A stretch of DNA of 64,000 nt from Candidatus Latescibacterota bacterium (GTDB lineage: Bacteria; Latescibacterota; UBA2968), in NCBI GenBank assembly GCA_965204745.1, contig OZ242010.1, forward strand, positions 512,001-576,000, written 5' to 3'. Shown piece by piece: positions 59,638 through 64,000 of this stretch. The translations under genes and the position numbers were made by a program. The notes below the pieces were generated by a model, which was not told the origin of the DNA, made no database searches, and was given only the letters and a program-made list of their open reading frames with translations. How positions within the stretch are numbered: the stretch's first letter is position 1; every line of letters begins with the position of its first letter.

Positions 59638-60813
59638 TCAACAACACCGCACGCCCAATAGCACCTCGGCCAGCAACTGATCCAACCGTTCATAGCCAAG
59701 CCCGACGCGGCCCATCGCGTCGATGTCAAACGGAACGCGCTTGAGTGCTTGTGCCTTTTCCCGGCTGTACGCGCCCAGATGCTGTTCGTACTCGGGATTC
59801 TGGTTCGCCAAGTCTCGCAAAATCCCCTGAATTTCCGCGTCTGCCTCAAATTGCGCGGCTTTTTCCCGCAGGATATTGTACGTCCGCATGCACCCTGCGG
59901 CAAAATCCCACACGCCCTCTTCGTCTTCGGTGCGAAATGCGTGTGCGTCAAAGTGTTTTGGCCCCGCGTACCCGTTGTTTTCCAACAAGCGCACGAGCAA
60001 AAACGCGCTCTTGTAATCCTCTGAGCCAAACCGAAAATCCTGATCGTAGCGCCCAAACCGCTGGTCGTTGAGATCGATGTGAAACAACTTGCCCGCCTCG
60101 AGTGCTTGGGCGACGCCGTGATGGAAATTCAACCCGGCCATGTGTTCGTGCGCCACTTCTGGATTGACGCCCACCATCTCGGGGTGATCCAGCGTTTCGA
60201 TAAAAGCCAAGTAGTGCCCGGTCGTCGGGAAATACATATCCGCACGCGGTTCATTGGGCTTGGCCTCGAGCGCGAATTTCAAATCGTATTGTTGATCGCG
60301 CACGTACTCGCACAGATAATTTAGCCCATCTCGGTAGCGTTTGAGGGCCTCGATGGGGTCCTTGCCCACATTGCACTCCGCGCCTTCGCGCCCGCCCCAA
60401 AACACATAGGTCGCGGCGCCCAATTCCACGCCCAAGTCAATGGCCCGCATGATTTTTTGCAAGCCATACGCCCGAATTTTGGGGTCGTTGGACGTAAATC
60501 CTCCGTCCTTAAAAACCGGATGCGAAAATGTGTTGGTGGTTGCCATCGGCACTACCATGCCGTAATTTTCCAGCGCGTTTTTGAAATCGCGCACAATTTT
60601 GTCGCGTTCTCGCAACGGGGCGTCAATCGGCACGAGGTCATTGTCGTGCAGGTTGATGCCCCACGCGCCCAGTTCGCTCAACCGCTGCACAATCCGTTCC
60701 GGCGCGAGCGGATTCCGCGTGGGGTCGCCAAAGGGATCGCGCCCGGGATTGCCCACGGTCCACAACCCAAATGAAAACTTATCCCCTTTTCTCGGCGTAT
60801 ATGCGTCTGCCAT
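59638..60813 (-). CDS. xylA: Xylose isomerase (short, class I type)
   Basis: [50 protein letters not shown]. Confidence 0.95.
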   Translation of the reverse strand: MADAYTPRKGDKFSFGLWTVGNPGRDPFGDPTRNPLAPERIVQRLSELGAWGINLHDNDLVPIDAPLRERDKIVRDFKNALENYGMVVPMATTNTFSHPVFKDGGFTSNDPKIRAYGLQKIMRAIDLGVELGAATYVFWGGREGAECNVGKDPIEALKRYRDGLNYLCEYVRDQQYDLKFALEAKPNEPRADMYFPTTGHYLAFIETLDHPEMVGVNPEVAHEHMAGLNFHHGVAQALEAGKLFHIDLNDQRFGRYDQDFRFGSEDYKSAFLLVRLLENNGYAGPKHFDAHAFRTEDEEGVWDFAAGCMRTYNILREKAAQFEADAEIQGILRDLANQNPEYEQHLGAYSREKAQALKRVPFDIDAMGRVGLGYERLDQLLAEVLLGVRCC

Positions 60814-60953
60814 TGGACCTCCTCAGAATTGGTATAAGATGATACCCACCGATGTCTCGCAAACAGGTTGTAAAATATGCCCTCTCCGCCAAGTGTCAAT
60901 GGACAATTCGACAGATCGCGTCCGCGTATCAACGCGATCAGGAGCATGCGACC

Positions 60954-62198
60954 ATGATCATCCGCGACCCCGTTCACGGGGACCTCGCCTTCAACGAATC
61001 CGAACGCCGGGTCATGGACACGCGGCAAATGCAGCGCCTGCGCGGCGTGCGCCAAACCGGAACCGCATACCTCGTCTATCCGGGCTGCGTGCACACGCGA
61101 TTTGAACACTCTTTGGGCACGGCCGCTATGGCGCGGCGCATCCTCGACGCCCTGCGTCACAAAGGCGCGCCCATCGAACCCGAACAGGCCGATGCGGTTG
61201 CCCTGGCCGCGTTGGTTCACGACATCTCGCACCTGCCCTTTGGGCACACCTTTGAAGACGAGCGCAAACTCTTTCCCCGCCACGACACGGCGGACCGCAT
61301 CGCGCACTTCTTGTCGCAAACGGAAATCGCGCAAGCCCTCGACGCTTCGGGCCTGCGCGACATCGTCGTCTCCCTGCTCACGGACAAATCGTTTTCCCCG
61401 GCGTGGATGCAGCAAATCGTCTCGAGCACCATAGACGCGGACCTGCTCGACTACCTGCGCCGAGACGCCTATTTCGCGGGCCTGCGCCAGGATTACGACG
61501 ACCGCATTTTCAGCACCTTTGTGCTCGTCGACGACACCCTGGCCATCGACCTGACCCGCCTGAGCACGCGCACCGAGTTGTTGCACCTGCTCCGCTTGCG
61601 CTACTTCCTCACCGAGCGCGTTTATTATCACCACGCCAAAGTCGCATCCGGCGCGATGATCGCCAAAGCCGTTGAACTCGCCACGGAACGCGGACTCGTC
61701 GAAACCGACCTCTACGCCCTGACTGACGAAGCCCTGTTTCGCCACCTGCTCGCGTATGAAGACCCGCGCATCGACCGCTTGATCACCGGCGTTTGCGACC
61801 GGCACCTGCTCAAACGCGCGTACGCGATTTCCACCGCCGAGACGGGCCGCCGAGGGCGCGATGAATTGATCGCCACGTACACCCGATCCGCCGAAGCCCG
61901 CCGGCAACTTGAACGGGAGATCGCAGACGCCATCACCCTCCATCCGGATCAGATCATCCTCTATTGCCCCGACATCTCGGCCATTAAAGAAGCGCGCGTG
62001 CGCGTGGTCACCCGCCATGGCCTGACCCGCCTCAACGATCCCCCCGACAATCCGCCCTTTGACGTGAAAGTCGTGGAAGACCAATACGACCGCCTCTGGA
62101 AATTCTACATCTTCGCCCCCGAAAGCTACAAAGAGCGCGTCGGACAAATATGCGAGCGCGTCTTTGGCGAACAAAATGCGGTAGGACGGGAGACGTGA
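60954..62198 (+). CDS. HD-domain phosphohydrolase (SAMHD1/dNTPase-like)
   Basis: IRDPVHG, QRLR...Q, HTRFEHSLG, HDISH.PFGH, DAD.LDYL.RD, VYYH. Confidence 0.9.
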   Translation: MIIRDPVHGDLAFNESERRVMDTRQMQRLRGVRQTGTAYLVYPGCVHTRFEHSLGTAAMARRILDALRHKGAPIEPEQADAVALAALVHDISHLPFGHTFEDERKLFPRHDTADRIAHFLSQTEIAQALDASGLRDIVVSLLTDKSFSPAWMQQIVSSTIDADLLDYLRRDAYFAGLRQDYDDRIFSTFVLVDDTLAIDLTRLSTRTELLHLLRLRYFLTERVYYHHAKVASGAMIAKAVELATERGLVETDLYALTDEALFRHLLAYEDPRIDRLITGVCDRHLLKRAYAISTAETGRRGRDELIATYTRSAEARRQLEREIADAITLHPDQIILYCPDISAIKEARVRVVTRHGLTRLNDPPDNPPFDVKVVEDQYDRLWKFYIFAPESYKERVGQICERVFGEQNAVGRET

Positions 62199-62272
62199 GA
62201 GGCGAGATGAAAGGCGTAAGACGGGAGAGGCAAGACGGGAGAGGCAAGACGGGAGAGGTAAGACGTGAGATA
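62185..62272 (+). repeat. Heptamer tandem array (GACGGGA/GAGGCAA/GACGTGA)
   Basis: About 12 purine-rich 7-mers; same family at 15060-15120 and 24109-24143, and in the complementary sense at ~58965-59015. Confidence 0.75.
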
Positions 62273-62470
62273 CAAGGGGGAATAACATCTCTCCGTTGCG
62301 GGGAAGAGCCGAAGGAGGTGACATCGTTTTTTTTGGACGAGTTCTAAGGTGCGATCCTATAATGGATGAGTCGTTCATGTCTTTGGACGATTGACCGCGG
62401 CTTGCTTCTTACTCGCTTTCTACTCTTAATTCGCATTGACAACTGACAACTGCCTCCCGCCTCTCTCCCC

Positions 62471-63352
62471 TCACCCAATCCCCCACGCCCGCTTGGCTGA
62501 CCAGATGGTGTTGTGCAAGAGCATGGTAATCGTCATTGGGCCGACGCCGCCTGGCACTGGCGTGATGGCGCGGACTTTGTTTTTGATGCGGGGATAATCG
62601 ACATCGCCCACGAGGCGATAGCCGGATTTTTTGGAGGGATCGGGCACGCGGTTCACGCCAATGTCAATGACGATGGCGTCTTTTTTTATCATATCCGCGG
62701 TGACCGTGTTGGGATGCCCGGTCACCGCGATGAGAATATCCGCTTGGCGAGTGAACGCGCCGAGGTCGCGCGTGCCGGTGTGGCACAGGGTGACCGTGGC
62801 ATTGGTGGGTTTTTGCGACAGGATATTGGCGAGGGGCCGCCCCACTAAGGTGCTGCGACCCACGATGACGACGTGTTTGCCCGCCACGTCAAAATTGCCG
62901 CGTTTGAGGAGTTGGTGAACGCCGTGCGGGGTGCAGGGCAAAAACCCTTCTTCCCCGCGCATGAGGCGGCCGAGGTTGACCGGGTGCAAGCCATCCACGT
63001 CTTTGTCGGGCGAGAGCCGGTTGAGGGCTGTTTGTTCGTCAAACCCATCGGGCAGGGGCAGTTGCACGAGGATGCCGTGAATCGCGGGGTCGTCGTTGAG
63101 TTGATCGATGATGGCGAGCAGGTCGGATTCGGGTTGTTGCGCGGTCAGGATGTGTTCGGTGGCGTAAATGCCGATGGCTGCACATGCTCCGCGCTTGCCC
63201 TTGATGTAGGAGATGGACGCCGGGTCGTCCCCCACGCGCACCACCGCGAGGCCGGGGGTGAGGCTGTGCGATGCCTTGAGGTGTTGCACTTCTGCCGCCA
63301 TTTCAGCGCGCATGGTTTTGGACAGGTCTGTACCGCTGATGATATGTGCCAA
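62471..63352 (-). CDS. folD: Methylenetetrahydrofolate dehydrogenase/cyclohydrolase
   Basis: GDDPAS..Y, HGILVQLPLP, KDVDG, PCTP, GRS..VG.P, PVPGGVGPMT; TTG start after GGAG. Confidence 0.97.
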   Translation of the reverse strand: MAHIISGTDLSKTMRAEMAAEVQHLKASHSLTPGLAVVRVGDDPASISYIKGKRGACAAIGIYATEHILTAQQPESDLLAIIDQLNDDPAIHGILVQLPLPDGFDEQTALNRLSPDKDVDGLHPVNLGRLMRGEEGFLPCTPHGVHQLLKRGNFDVAGKHVVIVGRSTLVGRPLANILSQKPTNATVTLCHTGTRDLGAFTRQADILIAVTGHPNTVTADMIKKDAIVIDIGVNRVPDPSKKSGYRLVGDVDYPRIKNKVRAITPVPGGVGPMTITMLLHNTIWSAKRAWGIG

Positions 63353-63498
63353 GGTCGCTTCTCCGGTCAAAGCCCAAACGAAAAAACGCCCGGGCAATGG
63401 TGATTGTTTTTGGCCCAGGCGGTCGGCATGTGCGCGTTCCAGTGCTCCCCTGTGGTTCGTTCCACAATTCCGCCAGTTGCACCGGATAGAGGATGAAT

Positions 63499-64000
63499 TT
63501 ACGGCATTTGAGTCGCCGTGTCAAACGACGGTTCGAGCGGGTGCTCAAAATCGCCCGTCATGGTATCGGGAAGTTGATAGACGCGGCCCTTTTTGTCGCA
63601 AAAGTAAAGCCGCGATATGGACGCCTGCCGCGCATGCCCATCGGCCCAAAGCGCGTAGAAATCCGGATGGGCGTTCACCGGGCAGCGCGCGTACGTGTGG
63701 TTGCGCTCGCTGTTTTGCGTGAGTTGTTTGACGCGCTGCCAAGCATGGCCTCTGTTTTCCCACATCGCCATTTCGCCGCCGGGGTTGTAGGGTTGCGGCC
63801 CCGGTTCCGTGGGCGCGATGACGCGCTTTGTGCCATCTGCTTCGAGGTAGAGCGATCCCATGTCGTAGTTGCTGTCGGACGTGGTGATGGTCTGGCTTTG
63901 CCAATCGCGGCCCGTCCACTGCAACAGCGTCCAAGTGCGCGGGCCATTCTCCGGGCCTGACGCATAGCCCTTGCTGGTGATGACGAGGATGGCGGGATTG
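63499..64000 (-). CDS. 3' part of a BNR-4-repeat-like protein (starts beyond the window)
   Basis: SDSNYDMGSLY, GGEMAMW, G.AW....QLT.NS..NHTY.R.P..AHP.F. Confidence 0.65.
   Translation of the reverse strand, partial: NPAILVITSKGYASGPENGPRTWTLLQWTGRDWQSQTITTSDSNYDMGSLYLEADGTKRVIAPTEPGPQPYNPGGEMAMWENRGHAWQRVKQLTQNSERNHTYARCPVNAHPDFYALWADGHARQASISRLYFCDKKGRVYQLPDTMTGDFEHPLEPSFDTATQMP

Overview
GC-rich bacterial chromosomal window. The gene repertoire (LptA/B/C, fused SecDF, EF-hand/dockerin-tailed protein, PhyH, Gfo/Idh/MocA, DUF1854) is compatible with an uncultured diderm of the FCB/Latescibacterota/Gemmatimonadota neighbourhood; this is inference only. Housekeeping blocks are pyrG-lptC-lptA-lptB...rpoN, rho-rpmE2-prfA-prmC-polyprenyl synthase-secDF, prlC, xylA and folD. 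They are interleaved with accessory genes and many short intergenic repeats: GTAG-type REPs, 7- and 9-mer arrays, and a TA-flanked MITE with IS5-like ends. The standout is a compositionally mosaic, all minus-strand island at ~35.1-46.2 kb. In transcription order it reads: HlyD adaptor, CPBP protease, precursor B, ABC exporter lacking a C39 domain, precursor A, TPR protein, CPBP protease, GNAT, cytoplasmic S8 peptidase fused to a DUF1611/P-loop-like domain, acyl carrier protein, and CxxC-CxxC membrane proteins. The two 138/139-aa precursors share only an N-terminal RK...S-V-x-A-Y-S-G-[DE] leader and a DSTS motif. This suggests a leader-directed cleavage/acylation/type I export system for polymorphic small proteins, resembling but distinct from the clostridial CLI_3235 (TIGR04065/04066/04069) RiPP loci. 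A duplicated ABC 5' end, a relic second S8 gene and a truncated CxxC gene record cassette turnover. Family names are assigned from visible motifs and memory and need HMM confirmation.
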